NCBI GenBank assembly: GCA_964439025.1
Contig: CAYTMW010000016.1
Coordinates: forward strand, 9,216-73,215
Direction: 5' to 3'
DNA length: 64,000 bases
DNA from: an uncultured Gemmatimonas sp.
GTDB lineage: Bacteria > Gemmatimonadota > Gemmatimonadetes > Gemmatimonadales > GWC2-71-9
Within the stretch, counting starts at the first letter, position 1. The number at the start of each line of letters is the position of its first letter. The notes beneath the pieces are model-generated. The model was not told the DNA's origin and ran no database searches. It was given only the letters and a program-made list of their open reading frames with translations. Both the position numbers and the translations under genes were made by a program. Below, in pieces: positions 9,427-18,902 of this stretch.

Positions 9427-10304
9427 ACCGTCGCTCTCGCCGCTTGCAGGGTGTTCATCAGCAGCATAGCGATCGTCATCTTCCCCACCCCGCCCGGCAC
9501 CGGCGTAATCGCGCTTGCCACCTCGGCCACCGGCTCGTAGTCCACGTCACCCACGACCCGGTAGCCCTTGGGGTGGGAGGCATCTGTCACCCGGTTGATC
9601 CCGATATCCACCACGACAGCCCCCGGCTTGACCATCTCCCGGGTCACGAACCCCGGTTTTCCGATGGCGACGACCAGGATGTCGGCCTGCCTCGTAATCG
9701 AAGGGAGATCGCGCGATCGGGAGTGGCAGATCGTGACTGTGGCGTTGCCGCCGGGGGAGTCCTGAATCAGCAGGCTCGCCATCGGCTTGCCCACGATATT
9801 CGAGCGGCCGACAATCACCGCATGGGCTCCCCTGGTCTCGATCCCCGAGCGCACCAGCATCTGCTGCACGCCGAGCGGGGTCGCGGGACGGAAGGCGGTG
9901 GGGTCGCCCACGGAGAGCTTCCCCACATTCACCGGGTGGAATCCGTCTACGTCCTTGCGAGGGGAAATACGGTTCAACACCTTCTGCGAATCAATGTGTT
10001 TGGGGAGGGGGAGCTGGGTAATGAAGCCGTGGATCGCGGGGTCGGCGTTGAGCCGGTCCACCACCGCCAGGAGCTCCGCCTCGGTGGTCTCGGCGGGAAG
10101 CCGCACCGTCTCGGACAGCATGCCCGCTTCATGGCAGGCCCGTCCCTTGCTCTTCACGTAGATCTGGCTCGCGGGATCGTCGCCCACAATCACGACGGCC
10201 AGCCCGGGCTTGACGCCCCGCGCGATCAGTGCCTTCACCTCCGCGGCAATCCCGACGCGGATCTCCATGGCGATCGCCGCCCCATCGAGAATGCGCGCCG
10301 TCAC
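9417..10304 (-). CDS. folD: bifunctional methylenetetrahydrofolate dehydrogenase/cyclohydrolase
   Basis: ORF 9417..10625 trimmed to GTG 10304 ([12 protein letters not shown]...), which forms a GTGA overlap with the rny stop. The result is 295 aa with typical FolD motifs (GRSNIVGKP). Confidence 0.9.
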   Translation of the reverse strand: MTARILDGAAIAMEIRVGIAAEVKALIARGVKPGLAVVIVGDDPASQIYVKSKGRACHEAGMLSETVRLPAETTEAELLAVVDRLNADPAIHGFITQLPLPKHIDSQKVLNRISPRKDVDGFHPVNVGKLSVGDPTAFRPATPLGVQQMLVRSGIETRGAHAVIVGRSNIVGKPMASLLIQDSPGGNATVTICHSRSRDLPSITRQADILVVAIGKPGFVTREMVKPGAVVVDIGINRVTDASHPKGYRVVGDVDYEPVAEVASAITPVPGGVGKMTIAMLLMNTLQAARATVSP

Positions 10305-11881
10305 CGCGCCAGCCCGACCGCGCGAGTTTCCCGGATGACCGTGACCTTGATTTGGCCGGGGTACTGCAGCTCGCTCTCGATTCGCCGCGCGATGGTCTCC
10401 GCCAGCTCGAGCGCCTTGTCGTCGCTGATTTTTTCGGGAACCACGATCACCCGGACCTCGCGTCCCGCCTGGATCACGTTGGTCTTCTCGACTCCATCGA
10501 ATCCGCCCGCGATTTCCTCGAGCTTGGTGAGCCGCTTGACGTACGTCTCGAACGCCTCGCGCCGGGCGCCGGGGCGCGCGCCGCTGATGGCGTCGGCGGC
10601 CTGCACCAGCACCGACTCGATGCATTCGTGGGGCACGTCGTCGTGGTGCGCGGCAATGCAGCCGATCACCGCGGCGCTCTCGCGGTACTTCTTCGCCATC
10701 TCCACGCCGAGCTCAACGTGAGTGCCCTCGTTGTCGTGGGTGAGGACCTTGCCGACGTCGTGCAGCAATCCGCCCCGCTTGGCGAGGGCGACGTTGAGGC
10801 CCAGCTCGGAGGCCATCATCCCCGCGAGCCAGGCCACTTCCTTCGAGTGGTCGTAGATGTTCTGGCCGTAGCTGGTCCGGTAGCGCATCCTCCCGATCAG
10901 CTTGATCAGCTCGGGATGCAGTCCGCTGATGCCGGTCTCGTATGCCGCCTGTTCGCCCAGCTCGACCAGCTGCGTCTCGAGATCGGTGCGGATCTTCTTG
11001 ACGATCTCTTCGATCCGGCCGGGATGGATGCGGCCGTCGATGATGAGCGCCTCGAGCGCGCGCCGTCCCACTTCCCGGCGGATTGGATCGAAGCAGGAGA
11101 CGACGACGGTGTCGGGAGTGTCGTCGATGATCAGGTCGACGCCGGTGGCCTGCTCGAAGGCGCGGATGTTCCGTCCTTCGCGGCCGATGATGCGGCCCTT
11201 CATCTCGTCGCTGGGAAGGGCGACCGCGGAGACGGTGGTCTCGGCGGTGTGTTCGGCGGCCAGACGCTGCACCGCGAGGGCGATGATCTTCTTGGCGTCC
11301 TTCTCGGCTTCCTTCTTCGCGAGCTCGCGGATCTCGCGTCCGAGCGCGGCGGCCTGGGAGCGGGCCTCGTCTTCCACTTTCTGCAACAGCTCGCGCCGCG
11401 CGTCTTCAGCGGTGAGCCCGGCTACCCGCTCCAGCCTCGCATGCTGCTCCCGGATAAGCTCATCGATCTGTCCCTCGCGGGTCTTGAGCCCAGATTCCTG
11501 CCGCTCGAGTCCCTGGACCCTCCCGGTGAGCGACTTCTCCTGCTGGTCGAGCTGTTCGCTCCGGCGGGTAAATCCCTTCTCCCGCTCTTCCGCACGACGC
11601 TCGGCGCGGTCGGCCTCTTCCCGGCGGCGGGCGAGCTCCCGCTCTCCCTCTTCACGGAGACGAAGCGCCTCCATCTTCCCCTCGAGCACCGCCGCGGATT
11701 TGGCCTGATCGGCGTCTCGGGCGGCGCGGTCGAGTGTGGCGGCAGCCTTCTCGGCCGCGTCCGCCAGCAGCGCGGCGCCGGTGCGCCGCCGGGCCCGAAG
11801 GTAGAGGGTGGAACCGATGAGGGTGAGCAGAATTCCGGCTACAAGCCCCCCCAGGATGGGGAGCAGATCGGTCGGGGTCAT
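10301..11881 (-). CDS. rny: ribonuclease Y
   Basis: N-terminal TM helix, Glu/Arg-rich coiled coil, KH domain ([22 protein letters not shown]) and HD domain (LLHDVGK). Confidence 0.92.
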   Translation of the reverse strand: MTPTDLLPILGGLVAGILLTLIGSTLYLRARRRTGAALLADAAEKAAATLDRAARDADQAKSAAVLEGKMEALRLREEGERELARRREEADRAERRAEEREKGFTRRSEQLDQQEKSLTGRVQGLERQESGLKTREGQIDELIREQHARLERVAGLTAEDARRELLQKVEDEARSQAAALGREIRELAKKEAEKDAKKIIALAVQRLAAEHTAETTVSAVALPSDEMKGRIIGREGRNIRAFEQATGVDLIIDDTPDTVVVSCFDPIRREVGRRALEALIIDGRIHPGRIEEIVKKIRTDLETQLVELGEQAAYETGISGLHPELIKLIGRMRYRTSYGQNIYDHSKEVAWLAGMMASELGLNVALAKRGGLLHDVGKVLTHDNEGTHVELGVEMAKKYRESAAVIGCIAAHHDDVPHECIESVLVQAADAISGARPGARREAFETYVKRLTKLEEIAGGFDGVEKTNVIQAGREVRVIVVPEKISDDKALELAETIARRIESELQYPGQIKVTVIRETRAVGLAR

Positions 11882-11928
11882 GATATCTCCGCACGCGGCA
11901 AGGCCGCGGTGGGTCAGTCGGCAGGGAG

Positions 11929-12240
11929 CTAGGCTCCCTTGGCGGCTCCGCCCCGTTTCGCAGCAGGCAACAGGCGCGTCAACCGCTCAGTGAGCCCGGA
12001 CAAGGTGGCGGATTGCTCCGCATCACCCTGCCGGGCCTGGAACAACTCATCGGTAATCGCGAGGCCGGCCAGGAGCGCAGCCCGGTGGGCATCCACCGAG
12101 GGAATCGATCCCCTGATGCGCGTTAGGACGGCGTCGAAATGGGCCGCGACCTCCCGGGTATACTCGGGGGGATGCTCGGAGCTGACCGTCAGCTCGGTTC
12201 CCCCCAGCTGAATCTTGACCGAATGGCGGGTGGCGCTCAT
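11929..12240 (-). CDS. zapA: cell division protein ZapA
   Basis: 103 aa; VKIQLGGTELTVSSEHPPEYTREVAAHFD... is the typical ZapA pattern. Confidence 0.8.
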   Translation of the reverse strand: MSATRHSVKIQLGGTELTVSSEHPPEYTREVAAHFDAVLTRIRGSIPSVDAHRAALLAGLAITDELFQARQGDAEQSATLSGLTERLTRLLPAAKRGGAAKGA

Positions 12241-12590
12241 GCCACACCCTCTGCGTCATGTTCTTCGACAAACCGCAGCCGGCTCTTCAGCTGCTCGATG
12301 TGCTCCCGGGCCGCGGCGATGCGCTGCTGCAGCATTTTGATTTCTCCCTCGAGGAGTCCGATCCGCTGCCGGGCCTGCAGGAGCTCGGGACCGCCGTGGC
12401 TCTTTCCCTTGCCCTGGGGCAGATCCTGCTCCGCCTTGAGAGAGCGCTCGCGCCAGGTCCCGAGCTCCTTTTCGAGCGCCTCGAGGAGACGCTCCAGGTC
12501 GGCGAGCGCGGGGAGATCAGGACGTGCGTAGGGTGATGTCAAGCGACTGCCCCAGCTGGGTGATGATCCGTTGCATGACCGCCTCCACAT
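12237..12590 (-). CDS. small coiled-coil protein upstream of zapA (ZapB-like?); start uncertain
   Basis: The ORF is heptad-rich (LERLLEALEKELGTWRERSLKAEQ...IKMLQQRIAAAREHIEQLKSRLRF). ATG 12590 would overlap pheT by 74 nt; TTG 12542 is an alternative start. Confidence 0.45.
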   Translation of the reverse strand: MWRRSCNGSSPSWGSRLTSPYARPDLPALADLERLLEALEKELGTWRERSLKAEQDLPQGKGKSHGGPELLQARQRIGLLEGEIKMLQQRIAAAREHIEQLKSRLRFVEEHDAEGVA

Positions 12591-14892
12591 CGGAATCGCG
12601 CAGCGTGCGATCCCGGCTCCGAAAAATGAGCCGCAACGTCACGCCCCGCCGTCCGGAGGGCACCTTGTCTCCCCGGTACTCGTCGATCACTCCGATCGAC
12701 TCGAGCAGACCGCCGGCCCCGTTGCGCACCGCATCCACGACGGTCCCGATCGTCACGGCGGCGGGAACGACGAGCGCGAGATCCCTGGTGACAGCGGGCG
12801 TGACAGGGAGCGGACAATACGGGCGAACCGGTCGCGGCGCGGGATCCACTTCGACCTCCAGGCCGAAGAGCTCCGCCGCCCAGGGCGGCGCGTCGGCGCT
12901 GATCGGTCCCGCGCGTCCGACCTCCCGTCCATCGGGAAGCCGGGCAATCCAGCCCACTCCATCAACTTGCACCGAGGCCCCGGGAATCGCCAGAGAGGCG
13001 GTGCGCTCGAAGAGGCCTTTCAGGTCCCAGAGATCGGAGTCCTGGGGATGGCCCCCGTCGGTCCAGTGCGAAGGCGCGCGGACGCCCGTCACGACGACCG
13101 CAGCAGACGTGCGCTCCACGGGAGCCGCACCGCCGGCTTGCGCCCCGAAGACGGTACCGACCTCGAAGAGCCGGACGTCCCGGACCTGGGCGGTCCAATT
13201 GGATTCTACCTGGCGCACCAGCCCCGGAAGAAGACGGCTCCGGAGGAAGCCGTGATCGGCCGAGAGGGGATTGAGCACCGGCACCGCCTCGGGCGAATCC
13301 TGCGGCCCGAGGGACACGAGAATTGCCTCGTAGAGACCTTCGGCCACGAGCTGGTGACGGAGCCGGCCGAGGGCGATTTCCATCGGGGCATCAAGCTGCG
13401 CGCCGGCTCGGAAGGGCCGCAGTTCATCGGGGAAGTTCGCGAACCCGTAGATGCGGGCGACCTCTTCGACCAAGTCGATTTCTTCCACGAGATCGGGTCG
13501 CCATCCCGGCACTTCGACGCCGAGACGGTTCTCCGCCGGCTTGGCGACGACGGTGCACCCGATCGCGACCAGACACTGCTCCAGCACGTGCACCGGGAGC
13601 TCCACTCCCAGCACCTGCGCGACCCGAGCGGTGCGAAGAAAAATCCGGGATGGATTCGCCGGCTCGGGCCAGCAATCGGCGGGCTCTCCGTCGAGCTTCC
13701 CGCCGGCCACCGCCAGCAGCACCGCCAGACCGCGTCGCAGCGCGTCGGGCACGCCCCAGAGATCGGTCCCCCGCTCGAAGCGCTGGCTCGCTTCGGTGGA
13801 CAGGCCGGCGGCTTTCCGCGCCCGGCGCACGTCCTTCGGAGCGAACCAGGCGCACTCGAGGAAAATGTCGGTGGTGTCCGTGGAGACTTCGGAGCCCTGC
13901 CCCCCCATCACGCCGGCAATGCCAACCGGACCCCCGGCATCGGCGATCACGGTGGTGTCGCGCGAGAGCGCGCGCACCACGCCGTCCAGGGTGGTGAGCT
14001 TCTCACCGGAGCGCGCCAGGCGGGCGGTGATCGCGGGACCCGCGAGCTTCGCGAGATCGTAGGCGTGCTGGGGCTGCCCGAGCTCGAGCATCACGTAATT
14101 GGTGGCATCCACCACGTTGTTGATGCTGCGCTGGCCGACAGAGTCGAGCCTCCGGCGGAGCCACTCGGGCGACGGGCCCATCGTCACACCGCGAATGACG
14201 GCGCCGGTAAATCGGCGGCACGCCGAGCCGGGCTCGATGGTGATGGTGACGCCCGCCGTGATCACGGACGGCTGGACGGCTGGACGGCTCGACAGCTGGA
14301 GTTCGGGCGCCCCGGGAATATCCGGCAACCGGAAGGTCGTTTTGTAGGCCGCCGCGAGCTCGCGGGCCAGTCCCTTGTGCCCCAGGAGATCGGGCCGCAC
14401 CGGGGAGATGTCGAGCACGAGGCGATCATCGTCGAGCGAAATCGCCGAGAGAAATGGCGTCCCCGGCGCCGCGTCGGTGGTGAGCGTCATGATCCCGTCG
14501 TGATCGCTGCCGAGACCCAGCTCCTTCGGCGAGCACAGCATCCCCTCCGACGGCTCGCCGCGGATCGTTCGCTTCTCGATCTTGAGTCCGCCCGGGAGCG
14601 TCGACCCGACCCGGACGAAAGGATATTTGCGGCCCGCCTCCACATTGGGGGCCCCGCAGACGACGTTGCGTCGCTCGGGCGTGCCGTCATCCACCGTACA
14701 CAGGCGGAGGCGGTCCGCGTCGGGGTGGGGGCGGACCGATTCCACCTGCGCGACCACGATCTCCCTGAGGTCGGTGTGCAGCGCCTCGATCGCGTCGGCG
14801 GGCGCGCCCAAAAGCGCCAGTTTCTCGGCCAGATCCCTGGCGTCGAGCGGCCGCCGCAGAAACGCCTCGAGCCAGCGACGGGAGGCCTTCAT
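12517..14892 (-). CDS. pheT: phenylalanine--tRNA ligase beta subunit
   Basis: 791 aa with an N-terminal tRNA-binding domain plus B3/4, B5 and FDX-ACB domains recognisable by eye. Confidence 0.92.
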   Translation of the reverse strand: MKASRRWLEAFLRRPLDARDLAEKLALLGAPADAIEALHTDLREIVVAQVESVRPHPDADRLRLCTVDDGTPERRNVVCGAPNVEAGRKYPFVRVGSTLPGGLKIEKRTIRGEPSEGMLCSPKELGLGSDHDGIMTLTTDAAPGTPFLSAISLDDDRLVLDISPVRPDLLGHKGLARELAAAYKTTFRLPDIPGAPELQLSSRPAVQPSVITAGVTITIEPGSACRRFTGAVIRGVTMGPSPEWLRRRLDSVGQRSINNVVDATNYVMLELGQPQHAYDLAKLAGPAITARLARSGEKLTTLDGVVRALSRDTTVIADAGGPVGIAGVMGGQGSEVSTDTTDIFLECAWFAPKDVRRARKAAGLSTEASQRFERGTDLWGVPDALRRGLAVLLAVAGGKLDGEPADCWPEPANPSRIFLRTARVAQVLGVELPVHVLEQCLVAIGCTVVAKPAENRLGVEVPGWRPDLVEEIDLVEEVARIYGFANFPDELRPFRAGAQLDAPMEIALGRLRHQLVAEGLYEAILVSLGPQDSPEAVPVLNPLSADHGFLRSRLLPGLVRQVESNWTAQVRDVRLFEVGTVFGAQAGGAAPVERTSAAVVVTGVRAPSHWTDGGHPQDSDLWDLKGLFERTASLAIPGASVQVDGVGWIARLPDGREVGRAGPISADAPPWAAELFGLEVEVDPAPRPVRPYCPLPVTPAVTRDLALVVPAAVTIGTVVDAVRNGAGGLLESIGVIDEYRGDKVPSGRRGVTLRLIFRSRDRTLRDSDVEAVMQRIITQLGQSLDITLRTS

Positions 14893-15935
14893 CCCTCGGC
14901 CTGCCCCGCGAGCTGGCGCAGGACCCGCATATCGGCGTTGCTGAGGAGGCGAAGATCGGGCACATCATAGCGCTGCAGCGCGGTGCGTCCGGGCCCCAGA
15001 CCGAACGCCCACCCGGTGTACTTCTCCGCGTCCACCCCGCAATTCGTGAGCACGGCGGGATGCACCATCCCGCAACCGAGCAGCTCCATCCACCCGGTCT
15101 GCTTGCAGACCGGGCACCCGCTGCCGTGGCAGAGCTGGCACTCGACGTCGAGCTCAGCCGAGGGCTCGGTGAACGGGAAGTAGGACGGCCGGAAGCGCAC
15201 CTTCGTCGTGGGCGAAAAGAAGCGCCGGGCGAAGTTGGTGAGGGTCGCCTTGAGATCCACGAACCCGATGCCTGCATCCACCGCGAGGCCCTCGATCTGG
15301 AGAAAGGCCGGCGTATGGGAGGCGTCGGCGGTGTCATTCCGGTAGCACATCCCGGGAATCACCACGCGATAGGGCGGCGGTCCGGCCTGCATGACCCGGA
15401 TCTGCACCGGGGAGGTATGGGTGCGCAGCAACACCTTCTCGCCGGGACCGTGGCTGAGATACAGGGTGTCGTGCATGTCCATGGCCGGGTGGTCGGCGTG
15501 AAAATTCAGCGCGCCGAAGTTGTACCACTCGGTCTCCGCCTCGGGGCCGACGGCGACCACAAAGCCCAGCTCGCGGAAGATGCCGACGATCTCGTCCACG
15601 ACCCGGGTGACGGGATGCAGGGCGCCGATCCAGCGGCCGCGGCCGGGCATGGTGAGGTCCTGGATGCTGGATGCTGGATGCTGGGTGGCCAGCTCCGCTT
15701 CCCGGGCGGCGAGGGCCGCCTCGAACGCCTGCTTGACCCGATTCACTTCGGCGCCGAACCGCTTGCGCTCCTCGATCGGGAGGATCGCGAGCGTCTTCAT
15801 GACGGCCGTCAGCGCCCCCTGCTTCCGGCCGAGCAGGGCGATGCGCTCCGCCGCGAGTCCGGGCGCGTCGAGCGCGGCCACGGCGTCCAACCGCGGAATC
15901 AGCGAGTCGAGTTCCTTGTAGCCGGTCTCTTCCAT
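14889..15935 (-). CDS. pheS: phenylalanine--tRNA ligase alpha subunit
   Basis: ORF 14889..15971 shows class II aaRS motifs (FRPSYFPFTEPSAE, GFAFGLGPGR-like). ATG 15935 is preceded by GGGGGAG. Confidence 0.92.
   Translation of the reverse strand: MEETGYKELDSLIPRLDAVAALDAPGLAAERIALLGRKQGALTAVMKTLAILPIEERKRFGAEVNRVKQAFEAALAAREAELATQHPASSIQDLTMPGRGRWIGALHPVTRVVDEIVGIFRELGFVVAVGPEAETEWYNFGALNFHADHPAMDMHDTLYLSHGPGEKVLLRTHTSPVQIRVMQAGPPPYRVVIPGMCYRNDTADASHTPAFLQIEGLAVDAGIGFVDLKATLTNFARRFFSPTTKVRFRPSYFPFTEPSAELDVECQLCHGSGCPVCKQTGWMELLGCGMVHPAVLTNCGVDAEKYTGWAFGLGPGRTALQRYDVPDLRLLSNADMRVLRQLAGQAEG
15660..15687 (+). repeat. tandem heptamer (CTGGATG x3 + CTGGGTG) inside pheS
   Basis: 21 nt of perfect repeat, in frame, encoding QHPASSIQ in the PheS N-terminal region. 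Confidence 0.7.
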
Positions 15936-16146
15936 GGGTGGTTTCTCCCCCGCGGCTAGGATGGGACTCACCTACGGGGCCTGCGGTGCAACGGAACTCC
16001 GTTCGTCACGCGGAGCCCTCACCCACCGACGTCCCCAGTGGCGAGTCCCATCCGTCGCGCGGGTGATTGTCGAGGGCCCCCGAATCCAGGGCGGACACGG
16101 GGGCCACAGACAGCCGGACCGATAGCTGATGGCTGCTCGCCGCCGC

Positions 16147-16500
16147 CTACGCCGCCGCCTTCGCCATCTCCGCGATCCGCGCAAACGCGTCCGCATCGTG
16201 CACCGCGAGGTCCGCGAGGACTTTGCGGTTGATCTCGACGCCGGCCTTCTTGAGCCCTGCCATCAGGCGGCTGTAGCTCAGATCGTGGATCCGGGCCGCG
16301 GCGTTGATCCGGGTGATCCACAGCGTGCGGAAGTCACCCTTCTTCTTGCGGCGGTCGCGGTAGGCGTACGCCATGCCGCGCTCGACGTTTTCCTTGGCCG
16401 CCTTGTACAGCTTGCTGCGGGCCTGGAAGCCGCCCTTGGCGGCCTCCATGATCTTCTTCTTCCGCGCGTGATGCGCGACACCATTCTTTACGCGAGGCAT
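16147..16500 (-). CDS. rplT: 50S ribosomal protein L20
   Basis: [37 protein letters not shown]... Confidence 0.95.
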   Translation of the reverse strand: MPRVKNGVAHHARKKKIMEAAKGGFQARSKLYKAAKENVERGMAYAYRDRRKKKGDFRTLWITRINAAARIHDLSYSRLMAGLKKAGVEINRKVLADLAVHDADAFARIAEMAKAAA

Positions 16501-16512
16501 GGGACCGTCCTC

Positions 16513-16707
16513 CTAGGCCTGGAGCAGGCGGTTGACGCGCCGGAAATCGGCGGAGCTCACCAGCGCGGGCTTACCGAGCTGATTCTTCCGCTTGCGGGTC
16601 TTCTTGGTCAGGATGTGCCGCTTGTTGGCCTGGCCCCGCTTGATCTTGCCGGTGCCCGTCACGGTGAACCGCTTCATTGCGGCGCGCTTGGTTTTCATTT
16701 TCGGCAT
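16513..16707 (-). CDS. rpmI: 50S ribosomal protein L35
   Basis: [33 protein letters not shown]... Confidence 0.95.
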   Translation of the reverse strand: MPKMKTKRAAMKRFTVTGTGKIKRGQANKRHILTKKTRKRKNQLGKPALVSSADFRRVNRLLQA

Positions 16708-16732
16708 TGCAATCTCCTCCAGCGAGCGGCCC

Positions 16733-17254
16733 TCACTTGGGCGCGATCACCATGGTCATGTTGCGCCCTTCGAGCCGGGCGTCGAATTCAATCTTTCCGA
16801 TGTCGGCGAGGGCAAGTGCCACGCGGTCGAGCACCGCCTTGCCGAGATCGATCCGGGCCATCTGGCGGCCGCGGAACATCATTGTCACCTTCACCTTGTC
16901 GCCGCCCTGCAGAAACTCGCGCATGTGGCGGGTCTTGAAGTCGAAGTCATGGTCGTCGATGCCGGGGCGAAACTTCACCTCCTTGATATCGATGACATGC
17001 TGCTTCTTCTTGGCCGCGCGCGCCGCCTTGGCTTCCTCAAACTTGTACTTGCCGTAGTCCATGATTTTGACCACGGGGGGGCGGGCGGTCGGCGCCACTT
17101 CCACCAGGTCGAGGCCCCGTTCTTCGGCGGCGGCGATGGCCTCTTCGATCGTCAGTACTCCCAGCTGTTCGCCGGAATCCGAGATGACTCGTACCGGGCT
17201 GATCCGGATCATCCGGTTGACCCGGGTCCGGCGTTCGCGCTCGTTTGTGCTCAG
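16733..17254 (-). CDS. infC: translation initiation factor IF-3 (probable non-AUG start)
   Basis: ORF 16733..17290. The conserved part begins [24 protein letters not shown]. The track start (GTG 17290) lies inside a terminator T-run. An in-frame CTG at 17254 sits 6 nt after GGAGGG. Confidence 0.85.
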   Translation of the reverse strand: MSTNERERRTRVNRMIRISPVRVISDSGEQLGVLTIEEAIAAAEERGLDLVEVAPTARPPVVKIMDYGKYKFEEAKAARAAKKKQHVIDIKEVKFRPGIDDHDFDFKTRHMREFLQGGDKVKVTMMFRGRQMARIDLGKAVLDRVALALADIGKIEFDARLEGRNMTMVIAPK

Positions 17255-17278
17255 TGGGCACCCTCCAGTATTGGAGAA

Positions 17279-17308
17279 CAAAAAAAACACCCCAGGGCGC
17301 GGGGTGTT
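17279..17308 (-). terminator. intrinsic terminator immediately upstream of the infC RBS
   Basis: The minus strand reads AACACCCC-GCGCCCT-GGGGTGTT followed by TTTTTTG. GGAGGG and the infC coding region follow. Confidence 0.7.
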
Positions 17309-17419
17309 CCGGAGCGCTCCCCGGCCGGCTGAGCGGCTCGCGGGAGCGATTCAGGAACCCGATCGCCCATGCTTCCGGCTCAGGGTGGGGGGCGGTTGGG
17401 CCCCCGCTTGGAGCGGAGA

Positions 17420-17448
17420 ATCCTAGTGGGTTGACGGTGAGCGGTCAA
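17420..17448 (-). promoter_or_regulatory. candidate sigma70-type promoter of the infC-rpmI-rplT operon
   Basis: The minus strand reads TTGACC (17448-17443), 17 nt, TAGGAT (17425-17420). The -35 lies inside the palindrome GTTGAC-N8-GTCAAC. Confidence 0.3.
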
Positions 17449-17503
17449 CGGCGGTGAGCGGTGAGCGGGAAGCGCAGTCAAGTCCCTGCAGCCGGTCCTT
17501 TTA

Positions 17504-17572
17504 GCCCACAGATTTCGCAGATTTCTCAGAAGAGGCTTTTTAAAATCTGAGTCATCTGTGTCATCTGTGGGC
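17504..17572. repeat. 69-bp AT-rich palindrome whose arms are tandem 9-mers
   Basis: GCCCACAGATTTCGCAGATTTCTCAGAAGAGGCTTTTTAAAATCTGAGTCATCTGTGTCATCTGTGGGC. The outer 10 bp are perfectly complementary. Confidence 0.75.
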
Positions 17573-17611
17573 AACAAGTTCTGGAGCACCGGTCCCGCCC
17601 CTGGATGCCGT

Positions 17612-18331
17612 TCAGCGTGACAATCGCGCAACCGCCTCGAACAACTGGGCGAAATCCTCGACCACGAACAGGATCGGCTGCAGCTCATCAATTCGGAACG
17701 ACTGCTCGAGAACGGCGTCCAGGCTGAACGGGCGCCGTTGGCACTTCGGGCCCAGGGCGTTGGCGGCGTCTGCGTGGGAGGAGATCAGGCCACTCCCGTA
17801 GACCTTCACTTCCCCGCCCTCCCGGATGAGCCCGAACTCTACCGTGAACCAGAAGAGCCGGGCCATGCGCTCGGTCTCTTCGGGTGTGGCGGCGCTCACG
17901 GCGAGGGCGCCGAAGCGCTGCAGGAAATCGGCAAAGACCGGATCGGCGTGGAGCGGCACGTGCCCGAAGACATCGTGAAAGATGTCGGGCTCCGGCACGT
18001 AGTCGAGCCGGTCCGCCGGGCGGATGGTGACGGTCGTCGGGAACATCCTGCGCGCCAGGCACTGAAAGAACTCGCCCGCCGGGAGAAACCCCCCGACCGG
18101 CACCGCCGACCACCCGGTCCGAGCGATCAGGCGGCGGTTCAGCGTCGCCAGGACCGGGATCACGGCTTCATCCAGCCCGATCGTCTGTGCCCCCTCCAGG
18201 AAGACCCGGCTGGCAGTGTCCCGCAAGGAGGGCATCCGCCGGGAATAGAGCGCCGCCCAGACCTTGTGTTGCTCGGCGGAGTAGGCGTCCCACTCCTGTC
18301 GGATGAACAGGGCGACGAGCGATTCCGGCAT
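17612..18331 (-). CDS. phhA: phenylalanine-4-hydroxylase
   Basis: 239 aa with the iron-ligand region PEPDIFHDVFGHVPL and WFTVEFGL. Confidence 0.85.
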   Translation of the reverse strand: MPESLVALFIRQEWDAYSAEQHKVWAALYSRRMPSLRDTASRVFLEGAQTIGLDEAVIPVLATLNRRLIARTGWSAVPVGGFLPAGEFFQCLARRMFPTTVTIRPADRLDYVPEPDIFHDVFGHVPLHADPVFADFLQRFGALAVSAATPEETERMARLFWFTVEFGLIREGGEVKVYGSGLISSHADAANALGPKCQRRPFSLDAVLEQSFRIDELQPILFVVEDFAQLFEAVARLSR

Positions 18332-18348
18332 GGCGGCCTCCTGCAGGA

Positions 18349-18385
18349 GAAAAAAGAAAAGCGGCCCGTGGATTTCACGGGCCGC
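18349..18385 (-). terminator. strong intrinsic terminator 18 nt upstream of the phhA start codon
   Basis: The minus strand reads GCGGCCCGTG-AAATC-CACGGGCCGC (perfect 10-bp stem) followed by TTTTCTTTTTTC. Confidence 0.8.
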
Positions 18386-18584
18386 TCGGAGCGTCGGGTA
18401 TTCGGTGCGAGTGCTACGCGATCGAATGCCTCCGGCTACGGCCCGTGGGTCGGGTCGCGTAATACATGCAGCTCAAATAGCTGGCCGCGGCGATCGTGAT
18501 GCTCATGGCAAGAACAGTATCCGTCACGTCCGCCCCAGCGCAAGTTGCCGGCACTTTTCCCGCCCGTGGGGCGCGTTCGCCGGG

Positions 18585-18902
18585 TCACCGGGTGACGAGC
18601 GTGCCCTGCATGGTCGGGTGCAGCGTGCAGATGTAGCGGAGCTCGCCCGGTTGGCGCGAAACGATGAGCCCGCGCTTTCCCTGGGCGAGGACCCCCGTGT
18701 CCCACTCCGGCGTAGCCGTCGCGGTATGCGGGACGATGTCCTGGTTGACCCAGACCACCGTGTCGCCCCGCGCCACCTCGAGCACCGCGGGGTGGAAGGC
18801 CATGCCGCGGATCGTAACCACGTGGCGCCGGGGTGCGACCGCCTCCCCGGACACCACGACAGCGGTGCCGAGGAGCGCGGTCGTCCAGCCCCACCAAGTC
18901 AC
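18585..18902 (-). CDS. amicyanin/plastocyanin-like cupredoxin (type-1 copper)
   Basis: Signal/TM-like N-terminus. The ligand pattern is ...VPHT... followed by YICTLHPTM (Cys-x2-His-x2-Met). Confidence 0.7.
   Translation of the reverse strand: MTWWGWTTALLGTAVVVSGEAVAPRRHVVTIRGMAFHPAVLEVARGDTVVWVNQDIVPHTATATPEWDTGVLAQGKRGLIVSRQPGELRYICTLHPTMQGTLVTR

Noticed and set aside
9417-10625. Long N-terminal extensions in the ORF track (folD 402 aa, rsmD 415 aa, obg 506 aa, ggt 706 aa, rsmA 346 aa, SpoIIE 644 aa).
   Set aside because: The extensions overlap the upstream gene and have junk composition. Conserved N-termini begin at internal ATG/GTG codons that form ATGA/GTGA overlaps with the upstream stop.
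16075-16105. Hairpin GGCCCCCG-N15-CGGGGGCC between rplT and pheS, considered as a pheST attenuator or T-box.
   Set aside because: It has no U-tract, no leader peptide rich in Phe codons, and no T-box specifier/antiterminator features visible. It is possibly just an rplT 3' stem-loop.
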